Assembly (NCBI GenBank): GCA_963754925.1
Contig: CAVWHX010000004.1
Coordinates: forward strand, 864,001-928,000
Length of the DNA: 64,000 nt
Source: an uncultured delta proteobacterium
GTDB lineage: Bacteria; Myxococcota; B64-G9
Reading direction: 5' to 3'
In this document: one piece after another, positions 39,227-51,969 of the stretch
How the letters are laid out: every line of letters begins with the position of its first letter
Numbering within the stretch: the first letter of the stretch is position 1
Program-made: the position numbers and the translations under genes
Notes under the pieces: model-generated
What the model was told of the DNA's origin: nothing
The model's database searches: none
Seen by the model: only the letters and a program-made list of their open reading frames with translations

Positions 39227-42200
39227 TTGCAACCTGATTCAAGAGTTTCGAGCACCCGTATCATAATTGCAGAGATGCTGCAGGCACTCTCTCGTCACCG
39301 TCGAGTGCTCGTGCGCGGCTGTTCCAGAAACGCCCGACCGTGGTTTTTCGCACACCTGGCTACTACCAGCGGCCCCCCCTGGCTGTGGGTGTTGCCCGAC
39401 GAGCGCAGCGCAGAGACCGCGCTGGAGGCCGTTTTATTCTACCTGAGCCAAGCTGAACCGGTACCGGCCGATCCCTTTGTCGCTCGACCGCTGCTTTTTC
39501 CGCTTCACCAGGATCGCCTGTACGAGGACCTATCTCCCGATCGCCAAGCGTTGTTCGAGCGCATGGCGGTGCTCTTTCGCCTCTGCCAGCATGCTCCACC
39601 GCCCCTATTGATTACGAGCGTACCCGCCCTGCTTCGCCTCACGCTGCCACGTCAGAGTTTGGACAGTGCCAGTCTTCTGGTCATGGCCGGACAACTCCTC
39701 AACCGAACTGAGTTTACGCGTGCATTGGTACGGGCGGGCTACCTCAACGTGCCGTTGGTCGAAGACCCCGGTACCTTTGCCGTTCGGGGTGGCGTGTTGG
39801 ATGTTTTTGGTCCGCAGTTGCCAAACCCGATTCGCATCGAACTACTGGGCGATGAGGTCGAATCCATTCGTACATTTGATCCAAGCACCCAGTTGACGAA
39901 GACCCGGATCGAGAGCGCATTCATCGGACCGGTGCGTGAGATTCTCCAAGACGAGGAACACACGCAACGTGCCGTCCAGAGCATCAACGCATTGGCTGCT
40001 CAGCTCGATGTACCTTCACACCGCTTGCTCGAACACCGCCGGGCCCTCAAGGAAGGAGTGCGCTATTTCGGGATCGAGGCATTGCTGCCGGCTTTTTACC
40101 CCGCACTGGCATCCCTGTTTGATTACCTTCCTCACGACACCCGGTTAATCGTTGACAACCCCGGCGAGATCTTTGCCGCCGTCGAGCAGATCTGGGAACG
40201 AGCACGGGGTGCCTATCGCGAGGCGTTGGAAGTAGGCCTCCTGGCTTTCGCTCCCGACCGCTTGATGCTGAACGTTGAAACGATGCGTGAGCGCTTGGAG
40301 AGTTATCAACAGGTGGTCGTTGGTCCGGTCGAGCACGAAGGTGACTCCCGGTCCCCAGGAGAAATTCTGCTCAGTTCTGATGACGTGGTCGGTCTCAGAT
40401 CCAGAATTCAATCGGCCGGCGCTGCAGACGATCCCGTGGAACCGCTGGTCGACCTCCTCCGCACCTGGCGTCGAGCCGATCTGCGCCCTTTTTTAGTAGC
40501 CGCCCGTTCGGGACGCGCCCGCCAGTTACTGCAAATGCTGCAAGCGCGAAAGGTTGCCGTACGCATCGAAGACAAACCGTTCGAGCTGGCCTGGCTCGAA
40601 CAACATACCCCGGCGTTGGCTGCCCGGATTGTTTCGGGTGAGCTGCCGGGCGGTTTCATCTGCACATCGGCCGGGATCGCACTCCTTCCCGATAGTGAGA
40701 TATTTGGTCCGATACACGAGCGGGACGCGCTGCGAAGAACGCCGCGCCAGATGCCCAACGTCAAGCCGGGCGAACTGGTTGTTCACGTCGATTTTGGCAT
40801 TGGGCGCTTCGATGGTTTGGTCAGGATGCCCGTGGTCGGCAGCGAGGCTGATTTTCTGTTGCTCTCGTATCGCGGCGGCGACCGACTCTACCTGCCGGTT
40901 ACCCGCATGAACCTGATAGAACGCTACCAGGGACCTGAGGGCGTTATCCCGCCGCTCAGCAAACTCGGCGGCTCGGCATGGCAAACCACCAAGCAGCGCA
41001 TCCACCAGGCTCTCCTGGAGATAGCCGACGAGCTGGTCCGGATGGACGCCATACGCCGCGCCCGCCCCGGTCTTGCGGCACTGGCACCGGAGGAGAGTTA
41101 CCGTGAGCTCGAGACCTCCTTCCCGTTCGATGAGACCGACGATCAGCAGCGCGCCATCCAGGAGGTGCTGGCCGACGTGCAGCAGCCACGGGTCATGGAC
41201 CGTCTCCTGTGCGGCGATGTGGGTTTCGGCAAGACGGAGGTAGCGGTGCGCGCCGCGTTTCTCAACACGCTCTCGGGTCGCCAAACCGTCGTCCTGGTGC
41301 CAACCACGGTGCTCGCATTGCAGCACCTGAACACCTTCCGCAGCCGGCTCGAGCCGCATGGCGTGCGCGTCGAAATGATCTCCCGGTTGGTTTCCGCGCG
41401 GACGCAAAAGGCCATCGTAGCGCAGCTCGCCACGGGTCAGGTAGATGTGCTGATCGGCACGCATCGGCTGCTACGCGGGGACCTCGGATTTCGGCAGCTC
41501 GGGCTTCTGGTAATCGATGAGGAGCATCGATTCGGGGTGGTACACAAAGAAAAGCTCAAGCGCTTGAAAGAAGACGTCGACGTATTGACCATGACGGCGA
41601 CGCCGATCCCGCGCACGCTGCAGATGGCGCTCTCTGGCCTGCGCGACATCAGTGTCATCCAAACGCCTCCGCCGGGCCGACGCAGCATCCGCACCTTTAT
41701 CACGCGCTTCTCGACGCGGGTAATAGGCGACGCCATCCGGCAAGAGCTCGCGCGCGGCGGCCAAGTCTTCTTCCTACACAATTGGGTGCGTAGTTTGCCG
41801 GCCATGCAACGCTACCTCAATCGAATCGTTCCCGAGGCCCGTACGGGCATAGCCCACGGTCAGATGAGTAAACACCAGCTTGAACGGGTCATGACCGACT
41901 TTGTTCGGCATACGATTGATGTGCTCGTGTGCACCTCGATTATCGAGTCCGGTTTGGATATTCCGACGGCTAATACGATTCTGGTCAATCGCGCCGATCA
42001 CTTTGGCCTGGCCCAGCTCTACCAGATTCGCGGCCGGGTGGGCCGCAGCGCCGATCGCGCGTACGCGTACTTCTTGATCCCTGGGCTCGACGCCATCACA
42101 CGCGACGCACGCCGGCGCCTGGAAATTCTCATGGACGCCTCCGAGCTCGGCGCCGGATACCGTATCGCGAGCCATGACCTCGAGTTGCGAGGGGCGGGCA

Positions 42201-42779
42201 ACTTGTTGGGCAAGGCCCAATCCGGGCAGATCGCTGCGGTTGGCTTCGAACTGTACAACCGCCTGTTGGAGCGCGCGGTAATGGAGGTGCGCGGCCAGAA
42301 GGACAACCGTCAGAGCGATCCCGAGATCCAATTACCGGTTGCTGGTTACCTCCCGGAGGACTATGTACCCGACCAAGATCAACGGTTGGATCTGTACTCC
42401 CGCCTCAGTCGCGCTGCATCAGAGGCCGAGGTTTTCGAGATCGAGCGCGAGATGATCGATCGTTTCGGCGCTACTCCCGACGAGGTGGTAACCCTCTGCG
42501 AGCTCATGGCTCTCAAAACACAGCTGCGCCAGGCCGGCGTGGCTTCGCTCGACGCCCGCGAAGGCCGTCTGAATTTCACGTTTGCCCCAAACGCAACAAT
42601 CGATCCGAACAGCCTGGTGCGCTTGGCCACGCAGCAGAATGATCGTATGGCCGTTGATCCTACCGGCGCGGTGCATGTGAAGCTTCAACCCGAGGAACGC
42701 CGTAACCCGCTACCGGTTGCCCGAAGTTTCTTGGAGCACTTCTTAATCGTTCCAGTGGAAATCAGTGAAAAGAACTTAA
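39227..42779 (+). CDS. mfd: Transcription-repair coupling factor; as given the frame runs on to 43078, probable true stop 42779
   Basis: VVHVDFGIG, FPFDETDDQ, CGDVGFGKTEV, DEEHRFGV, TATPIPRT, QIRGRVGRS, DLELRGAGNLLG, DRFG. Confidence 0.95.
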
Positions 42780-43291
42780 CAACCGCAACAGCCGCCGCCA
42801 CAACCTTCCGAATCTGCTTCATCGCACGACGATGCACAGGAGGCCTCGGCAAGCTCATCCTCGGTTGGTTCGCGAACGTCGCTTACCGTGACATCGAAGT
42901 GCAATCGCTCGCCGGCCAAGGGATGATTCATGTCAACGAGTACAACTTTTTCTTGGACCGACTTTACGCTTACGTGAACCACGCCGGTGGGAGTGGTGGC
43001 TTTGAACACCATCCCGGGTTCGATTTCAATGTCAGAGGGGAAATCAGATCGGGGCACTTCACGCATGAGATCGGATGAGGGATACCCGTAGCCATCCTCC
43101 GGCTCGACATCGATGCGATTGCTTTGACCTGGTTCCATTCCGTCAAGCCCTTTTTCCAAACCGGGTATCATTTGCCCGGAATTGAATATAAATCCCAGCG
43201 GCTTGCCAGGATCAGAGCGATCGACAACCTCGCCCGAGTCGAGTGAAAGGGTGTACTCAATAGAGACAAATTTATTTGGTTGGACTTTCAT
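42776..43291 (-). CDS. slyD: FKBP-type PPIase SlyD with Cys-rich tail
   Basis: GQMIPGLE, VEPEDGYG, DMNHPLAG.RLHFDV, tail GCGGGCCGC. Confidence 0.92.
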   Translation of the reverse strand: MKVQPNKFVSIEYTLSLDSGEVVDRSDPGKPLGFIFNSGQMIPGLEKGLDGMEPGQSNRIDVEPEDGYGYPSSDLMREVPRSDFPSDIEIEPGMVFKATTPTGVVHVSVKSVQEKVVLVDMNHPLAGERLHFDVTVSDVREPTEDELAEASCASSCDEADSEGCGGGCCGC

Positions 43292-43565
43292 GCACCCTTC
43301 CTCCAGGAAATCCCTGAGGAAGATACGCACCATGCGAGGCTTCAATCCGGGATTCGCCAGTAGTTACTTAATTTTTTACCACGCAGGAGGATTGGTGTCA
43401 ATTCCGACACTCTTGAACTACATGAAAGAATAAAAGGATCTCTTGTATCCGGTTAACTCTTGACATACCAATTATATTGCTTAGGTTGATGTAGTATGGT
43501 GGCGGGATAGGTTTGTCCATGATCTGTTGTTCCAGAAGTCGAGCGGTCGGCTTGAGGAGAACGCG

Positions 43566-44432
43566 ATGTGGGATTATACCGAAAAAGTGATGGATCACTT
43601 CCGAAACCCTCGCAATGTCGGTTTCATAGAGAACCCCGACGGCGTGGGCGAGGTTGGATCGTTGGCGTGCGGCGACGCGCTGCGTTTAATGTTTAAACTC
43701 GATAAGGATGGGCACATCGAAGACGTAAAATTTCAGACGTTTGGATGCACCTCGGCCATTGCTTCGTCCTCGGTTCTGACAGAGCTCATCAAGGGCAAGA
43801 CACTCGAGGAGGCGGCCAAAGTTACCAACCAAGAAATCGCAGAGGCCTTAGGCGGTCTTCCCGAACAGAAAATGCACTGTTCGGTAATGGGCCGAGACGC
43901 CCTGCTGGCAGCCATCGACAACTACCGCAGCGGAACCGGCGAAGCCAAAAAGATCGACAGCCAGGTTGTCTGCGTCTGCTTTGGGGTCACGGCCAAGGAG
44001 ATCGAACGAGCGATACGAGAAAATCACCTCACGACGGTCGAGGAGGTCACTAACTACACCAAGGCCGGCGGCGGTTGCGGCGGGTGTCATCCTCAAATCG
44101 AAACCATCCTCGCCCAGGTCAACGGCGTCAAGCCCGCCGTTCGCACAGCCGAGGTAGTAAAACCAAAAAAGAAACTCACCACCATCCAGAAACTCCAGCT
44201 CATCCAAGAGACCCTCGATCGCGAGATTCGACCGTCGCTGCGCAAGGATGGCGGCGATATTGATCTCGTCGATATCGACGGCCATCTGGTGGTTGTCAAT
44301 CTGCTCGGCACGTGCTCGGGTTGCAAAATAGCCAATATTACCCTCAAAGACGTTGTCCAGGCCAAGCTGCGTGAGTTTGTATCCGATGATCTGGTAGTGG
44401 TGGAAAGCAGCTGCTCGGAGGACGCACCATGA
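43566..44432 (+). CDS. nifU: Fe-S cluster assembly scaffold NifU (IscU + BFD + Nfu domains)
   Basis: MWDYTEKVMDHF, ACGD, FGC, KMHCS, VCVCF, GGGCGGC, GTCSGC. Confidence 0.95.
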   Translation: MWDYTEKVMDHFRNPRNVGFIENPDGVGEVGSLACGDALRLMFKLDKDGHIEDVKFQTFGCTSAIASSSVLTELIKGKTLEEAAKVTNQEIAEALGGLPEQKMHCSVMGRDALLAAIDNYRSGTGEAKKIDSQVVCVCFGVTAKEIERAIRENHLTTVEEVTNYTKAGGGCGGCHPQIETILAQVNGVKPAVRTAEVVKPKKKLTTIQKLQLIQETLDREIRPSLRKDGGDIDLVDIDGHLVVVNLLGTCSGCKIANITLKDVVQAKLREFVSDDLVVVESSCSEDAP

Positions 44433-45670
44433 AAGCCTATTTAGATAACAACGCCACCACCATGACGGCGCCCGAGGTGGTCGAGGCCATGCGGCCGTTT
44501 TGGTCCGAATTGTACGGCAATCCGTCAAGTATTCATATGTTCGGCGGACAGGTCAAGAAAGACATTGAACGCGCCCGGGAACGTGTGGCGCGTCTTCTGG
44601 GCGCCTCGCCCGACGAGATTGTTTTTACTGCAGGCGGTTCGGAGGGTGATAATATGGCCATCCGCGGCACGCTCGAGGCACTTGGTCCAGATAAAAAGCA
44701 CATCATAACGTCGCGCGTCGAGCACCCCGCGGTTCGCAGCCTTTTCTACCACCTCGAGAAGCGCGGTTACCATATCAGCGAGGTGCCGGTGGATTCAACG
44801 GGAGCGCTCGACTTGAACTTTTTAGAGAAGGCGCTCACCCCCGACACTGCCCTGGTCAGCATCATGTGGGCAAACAATGAGACCGGGGTGATTTTTCCGA
44901 TCGAGAAGATAGCCGAGCTCACCGCGGCGCGCGGGATTGTATTCCACACCGATGCCGTGCAAAGCGCCGGCAAAATCCCGATCGATATGCAGCGCGTGCC
45001 GGTCGACCTCCTGACCATCTCCGGCCATAAGTTACACGCCCCGAAGGGCATTGGTGCGCAGTTCGTGCGCAAAGGCACAAAGCTGGTACCGCTTATCATC
45101 GGCGGCCACCAGGAGGCCGGCAAACGCGCCGGCACCGAGAACGTCCCGGGCATTGTCGGTTTGGGTATGGCCGCCGAGCTTGCCTATACGCACATGGACG
45201 AAGAGAACGATCGGGTATTGAAGCTGCGCGACAAGCTCGAGCAGGGATTGTTGACGTGCTGCAAAGGCGCGCGCATCAACGGTCAGAACCGGCTGCCCAA
45301 TACCCTCAATATCAGCTTTGAATTCATTGAGGGCGAGTCGATCCTGATTATGCTCGACGACCTGGGTATCTCGGCTTCGTCCGGTTCAGCCTGCACGTCG
45401 GGCTCGCTCGAACCGTCCCACGTATTGCGCGCCATGGGTATCCCGTTTACCTCGGCGCACGGCTCGGTTCGTTTTTCTCTTTCCCGCTATACCACCGAAG
45501 CGGAAATCGATTATGTGCTTGAACACATGCCTGCTATCAGCGAACGGTTGCGGCAGATATCGCCGTTCGTCCCGGAGAACAGCTGCGGCCGCTCATGGAG
45601 CGGCAAATCTTTGCACGATCACGGGCACGAGCGTGACCCCGGCCACGCAGTGCAGGATCGTGGACGATAA
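44429..45670 (+). CDS. nifS: Cysteine desulfurase NifS
   Basis: YLDNNATT, HTDAVQ, SGHKLHAPKG, SSGSACTS. Confidence 0.95.
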   Translation: MKAYLDNNATTMTAPEVVEAMRPFWSELYGNPSSIHMFGGQVKKDIERARERVARLLGASPDEIVFTAGGSEGDNMAIRGTLEALGPDKKHIITSRVEHPAVRSLFYHLEKRGYHISEVPVDSTGALDLNFLEKALTPDTALVSIMWANNETGVIFPIEKIAELTAARGIVFHTDAVQSAGKIPIDMQRVPVDLLTISGHKLHAPKGIGAQFVRKGTKLVPLIIGGHQEAGKRAGTENVPGIVGLGMAAELAYTHMDEENDRVLKLRDKLEQGLLTCCKGARINGQNRLPNTLNISFEFIEGESILIMLDDLGISASSGSACTSGSLEPSHVLRAMGIPFTSAHGSVRFSLSRYTTEAEIDYVLEHMPAISERLRQISPFVPENSCGRSWSGKSLHDHGHERDPGHAVQDRGR

Positions 45671-45677
45671 CCAACAC

Positions 45678-45709
45678 TACCGATACGGTTATTTACCGAT
45701 ACGGTTATT
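45678..45709. repeat. Perfect 16-bp tandem duplication just before the rubrerythrin RBS
   Basis: TACCGATACGGTTATT x2, then TAAGGAGG. Confidence 0.9.
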
Positions 45710-45721
45710 TAAGGAGGACCC

Positions 45722-46297
45722 ATGAAAAGTCTCAAAGGCGCCAAGACCGCAAAGAATCTGCTGACTTCGTTTGCCGGCGAATCCCAGGCCCGCAACCGGT
45801 ATACCTACTTTGCCGGCCAAGCCCGGAAGGAAGGCCTGATGCAGATCGCCGACATCTTCGAGGAAACCGCCAATCAGGAAAAGGAGCACGCCAAGCGTTT
45901 CTTTACTTTCCTGGAAGGCGGCGAGCTGGAGATAGCCGCGGCCTTCCCGGCAGGCGTCATCGGCGGTACCGCCGAGAACCTCAAAGCCGCAGCCGCCGGG
46001 GAGCACTACGAGCACACCTCCATGTACCCGGGCTTTGCCAAGGTAGCGCGTGAGGAGGGATTCGAGGCTATCGCCATGGTGTGGGAGGCGGTCAGTGTCG
46101 CCGAGAGACAACACGAGAAACGATACAACGACCTGCGTGCAAATATCGAAGCAGGCCGGGTGTTCAAGCGCGAAAAATCGGAGAAGTGGCGTTGCCGCAA
46201 CTGCGGCTATGTGTACGAAGGCAAGGATGCCCCCAAAGCATGTCCGGCCTGCGCCCATCCCCAGGCATATTTCGAGTTGCTCGGGGAGAACTGGTAA
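45722..46297 (+). CDS. rbr: Rubrerythrin
   Basis: FAGESQARNRY, EKEHA, ERQH, WRCRNCGY..CPACAHP. Confidence 0.96.
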   Translation: MKSLKGAKTAKNLLTSFAGESQARNRYTYFAGQARKEGLMQIADIFEETANQEKEHAKRFFTFLEGGELEIAAAFPAGVIGGTAENLKAAAAGEHYEHTSMYPGFAKVAREEGFEAIAMVWEAVSVAERQHEKRYNDLRANIEAGRVFKREKSEKWRCRNCGYVYEGKDAPKACPACAHPQAYFELLGENW

Positions 46298-46301
46298 TTT
46301 T

Positions 46302-46408
46302 TGTGCGCTGGGTCCTGCAGCCAAGCCGCACATCACCTCGCATCCCCCGGCGGTGCTCACTGCGTTCCGCGCCGGCGTGGGGCCCCCTGCTCGGTGTCAC
46401 CCAGCACA
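46302..46408. repeat. Family A structured repeat, copy 4 (rbr-ferritin spacer)
   Basis: GCTGGGT...ACCCAGC outer stem, conserved core, short insertion in the left arm. Confidence 0.88.
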
Positions 46409-46424
46409 GAAAAGGAAGACATTT

Positions 46425-46955
46425 ATGATCGGCAAAAAAACAAAACAATTGATGAATGAACAAATCAAACACGAGGTCGAATCGGCGTATTTGTATTGGT
46501 CGATGGAGGCCTATTTTAGGGCCCAAAATCTCGACGGCATGGCTACCTGGATGCGGGTGCAAACCCAGGAGGAGCTTGTCCATGCGATGAAGTTTTTCGA
46601 GCATTTGAGCGATCGGGGCGTTCAGGTCGAGCTGCTGCCGCTCGCAATCCACAAAATTAACTGGAAATCGCCGCTCGAAGCCTTCAAAGACGCTTATAAG
46701 CACGAGCAATTCATTACCTCCAAGATCAACAACCTCATGAAGACCGCCCGCGATGAAAACGATCATGCTTCAGCGGTGTTGACCCAGTGGTTTGTCAACG
46801 AGCAGGTCGAGGAAGAGGCTAACGCATCCAAGATTGCCCAGACGCTCGAACGCGCCGGCGATTCAGGCAGCGCCTTGATTCTTATCGACCGCGAGCTCGG
46901 CACCCGCGTCTTCACCATGCCGGGCGCCGCGGATCCCGGCGCCGCAGGCGCGTAA
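46425..46955 (+). CDS. ftnA: Non-heme ferritin
   Basis: NEQIKHE..SAYLY, EELVHAMK, HEQFIT, QWFVNEQVEEE. Confidence 0.92.
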   Translation: MIGKKTKQLMNEQIKHEVESAYLYWSMEAYFRAQNLDGMATWMRVQTQEELVHAMKFFEHLSDRGVQVELLPLAIHKINWKSPLEAFKDAYKHEQFITSKINNLMKTARDENDHASAVLTQWFVNEQVEEEANASKIAQTLERAGDSGSALILIDRELGTRVFTMPGAADPGAAGA

Positions 46956-46984
46956 GCCTGCATCAGGAGATTATCGAGCAGAAC

Positions 46985-47188
46985 ATGTCTACGCGAACCG
47001 TCACCATACCCACCATCAGCTGCAAGCACTGCATAAACACCATCCAGCAGGAACTGGGCGAGGTCGAAGGCATAGTGCAGGTAACCTGCGATTTACCGGC
47101 AAAGTCATGTACCATCCAGTGGCAACCGCCGGCGAGCTGGGAGTCAATTGCGGCCCTCCTCGCCGAGATCGGCTACGAACCCCGGTAA
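46985..47188 (+). CDS. copZ: Copper chaperone (HMA domain)
   Basis: ISCKHC; lies upstream of the P1B ATPase. Confidence 0.85.
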   Translation: MSTRTVTIPTISCKHCINTIQQELGEVEGIVQVTCDLPAKSCTIQWQPPASWESIAALLAEIGYEPR

Positions 47189-47194
47189 TGGAAC

Positions 47195-49423
<2,229 letters not shown>

Positions 49424-49453
49424 TGGCGTCCGACGCGCGCCCTGCCAAAAAAC

Positions 49454-50011
49454 TCACAACGCATTCGCCCAGGCTTTTTTCTTCTCGACCAATTGATTGA
49501 GTTCCCGTGCGACAACGGAGGCTTTTTCTTGGCCAATTTCGCGGAGCTGGACAACGCACCGGGTGAGGCATTCACACTCATCACGGTGCTGCTGTTTAAG
49601 TGAGTTGACCATAGCGGTGTAGGTATCGAAGAATTCTTGGAACTCATCTCGCTTACGCAACTGCCGGTCGGGAGGGACGAGATTATCGGCAATCTGTCGG
49701 AGGAAGCGCGAGACGATGAATATTGGACCAGCCACCCGATGGGTAATGACAATACCCCAGATAAAAAGCACCAATGCCATCAATACCACAAACCCTACGA
49801 AGTAAAAAATCACCGCGGTGTCAAACATAGACACCTTATCTTGCATCTCCGGGTCGAGCATGAGGATCTTGGTGTTCTCCAAGGTCAGCCGATAAATGAA
49901 GTACCCGAGCAGCGTCGAGACCGCCACACCCACGAACACAATTATGAAGGTGTATTTGAGTTGAAACCGGCGATCGACGAGGAACGTGCGGCGGCGAGAT
50001 AACATACCCAT
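49454..50011 (-). CDS. Two-TM membrane protein with a HAMP-like segment
   Basis: RRRTFLVDRRFQLKY, two TMs, THRVAGP, LRKRDE. Confidence 0.75.
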   Translation of the reverse strand: MGMLSRRRTFLVDRRFQLKYTFIIVFVGVAVSTLLGYFIYRLTLENTKILMLDPEMQDKVSMFDTAVIFYFVGFVVLMALVLFIWGIVITHRVAGPIFIVSRFLRQIADNLVPPDRQLRKRDEFQEFFDTYTAMVNSLKQQHRDECECLTRCVVQLREIGQEKASVVARELNQLVEKKKAWANAL

Positions 50012-50174
50012 GATTCACCCCTTGGGTATACATGGTGAGAGGATGCCCTGAAATCAGGGGAATTGTAAGATGCACCAACGGAAAAGATCAAGGTCTTTAA
50101 GGAGAGTCGAAGCGGTGCTTGAATTTGATTGGTCGATAATCCGAGGAACTGACTACCTGCTTGCCATGACCGCG

Positions 50175-50675
50175 TTAGCGCGCTTGAGGAGTAGGAGAAG
50201 CTTTCGGCGCCGGTCCCGGGGTTGGTGCCGGTCCCGCTGGCGGCTGCATTTCGTCTCCATGCCACCCAGGAAAATGTCGACCCTTGGCATGCTCCTCGGC
50301 CCAGATCGTTTCAATCTTCTCCCATTGCTCCGGCGTCATGAGTTTGCGCACCTCGATCATCAGACCGATCCGATTTTTCTTGAGACGGATCTCAAGGCCG
50401 CCGATCTTTTCAATCTGGGCGAAGACCGCCGCTTGGTTCGGCTTATCAACTGACAATAACTGCTGTATATCGATATGAGCCTTGTCGAGATCGGCGCGGA
50501 TGTCGACTTGCTCGCGATCGGCTTTAAACCGGAGCTCCTGAACTTTTTCAATTTGCTGTTCACTCAAGCCGATGTCACGCATAATTTTTTTTGCCGCCAT
50601 CGGTGGTGGGTTAGCGAAGGCCAAAACCGGTAGTAAGAAGATCCCCAGAACGGTCACACTAACCACGCGTTTCAT
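50175..50675 (-). CDS. Periplasmic Spy/CpxP/heavy-metal-sensor family protein
   Basis: Signal peptide; LSEQQ and MTPEQ (LTxxQ-like) motifs. Confidence 0.8.
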   Translation of the reverse strand: MKRVVSVTVLGIFLLPVLAFANPPPMAAKKIMRDIGLSEQQIEKVQELRFKADREQVDIRADLDKAHIDIQQLLSVDKPNQAAVFAQIEKIGGLEIRLKKNRIGLMIEVRKLMTPEQWEKIETIWAEEHAKGRHFPGWHGDEMQPPAGPAPTPGPAPKASPTPQAR

Positions 50676-50756
50676 ATGCATTCCTCCTCTCGGTCGAAAT
50701 CCCGAACAACAGATTGCTGGGCACCGACTTGCTGCACGGCCTACACCCCTGCGCGC

Positions 50757-51305
50757 TTACAACGACCGGTCAGAAAACCATTCATTGAGCGAGTTGTAGG
50801 CTCCGGGCAGCATTACTCCAAGATCGCTATCATCGGGGACCGCTGTCGCCGCGCTTGAGTTGCTTAGTACTTGCAATGCTTGGACTGGGTAATTTGCGAC
50901 GACCTCAGATGATGACGTATACATGCTATTCACCTCATCGAGGAGCGCCAGCAAATGTGTGGCAGAAAGCTCAGCATCCTCTTCGCTCGGAGCCTTCGGA
51001 GCCCACACCCACAAACCAACCAATCCAACAAACACGGCAATCACCGCTGCATAACTCACACGCAGCATTCGCCGGGCATGACGCTGCCTGGTATGGATAT
51101 GCTCATTAAACGAACGCCGTAGATTTTCTACCTCGTCCGCCAGCGGTGCTTCGTGAGCCCGCATCTGCTCGACGGTGCTCGTTAATCGAATCAACGATTC
51201 TTTGAAGCCACGACATTCCGGACAGGTTTCTTGGTGCGCCTGTTCTTGATCGCTCAACGCCTCTTCGGCCACGAGCTTGGCCGCGATTTGATCACACAGC
51301 AGCAT
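50757..51305 (-). CDS. Putative membrane anti-sigma factor
   Basis: HxxxCxxC (HQETCPEC), single TM, overlaps the ECF sigma stop. Confidence 0.75.
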   Translation of the reverse strand: MLLCDQIAAKLVAEEALSDQEQAHQETCPECRGFKESLIRLTSTVEQMRAHEAPLADEVENLRRSFNEHIHTRQRHARRMLRVSYAAVIAVFVGLVGLWVWAPKAPSEEDAELSATHLLALLDEVNSMYTSSSEVVANYPVQALQVLSNSSAATAVPDDSDLGVMLPGAYNSLNEWFSDRSL

Positions 51306-51969
51306 CGAATTCCTCCTGCGCAGGCCAATCTTTACGGAGCTGCCGTATCGCGCGTATCAGATGGGTCTTGACCGTGCCCGGCGCAATTCCCAGCTCGATG
51401 CTTATCTCCTCCACGGAATGATCCTCAACATACCGCAATGCCACCGCCATCTGTTGTCGGGCTGGCAAACGCGCCAACGCCCGCTGCAACGCCTGCACCC
51501 TCTTGTTGCGCTCCGCCTGCTGGTCAGGGCGAGACGCAAGATTCTCCTCCCGGCTTATCGGATATCGCTGATTGATACCCAACCACATGGCGACACTCTT
51601 CCATCGTCGTCGACGTCTGAGGCGCTTCATGCCTTCGTTGACGGTGATACGCCAAATCCAGCTTTTCAGGCTGCTATCACCTCGAAAACCCTCGAGACTC
51701 CGGTACGCTTTCCAGAGTGCATCCTGCACCAGGTCGCGCGCCTCATCGGGATCTCTCAGCAACCGTCGAGCAAGCCTCAGAAGCGCACCAGATTCAGCCA
51801 CAACAAATTTTTCAAAATCGCGCTCGCGTTGGTCGCGGTCGAGCGCCGCGCTGCTGCCTGGTACCGTGATGACCTCGCCGTCCACCGCTTCCTCCCGAGT
51901 CTCACCTTTATTAGACCCCCGGGGGGTTCGTTGGGTATACAGGCGGTTTTCGTGTGAAGGCATCATCAT
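51292..51969 (-). CDS. ECF RNA polymerase sigma factor
   Basis: ARDLVQDA, FRGDSSLKSWIWRI, LPARQ, GTVKTHLIRA. Confidence 0.92.
   Translation of the reverse strand: MMMPSHENRLYTQRTPRGSNKGETREEAVDGEVITVPGSSAALDRDQRERDFEKFVVAESGALLRLARRLLRDPDEARDLVQDALWKAYRSLEGFRGDSSLKSWIWRITVNEGMKRLRRRRRWKSVAMWLGINQRYPISREENLASRPDQQAERNKRVQALQRALARLPARQQMAVALRYVEDHSVEEISIELGIAPGTVKTHLIRAIRQLRKDWPAQEEFDAAV

Noticed and set aside
42780..43078. Genuine 100-aa Mfd extension overlapping slyD
   Set aside because: The extension is just the antisense reading of slyD; removing one base gives a normal shared TTAA stop.
46050..46424. Extended ferritin ORF
   Set aside because: It overlaps rubrerythrin out of frame and crosses a repeat; ferritin homology starts at ATG 46425.
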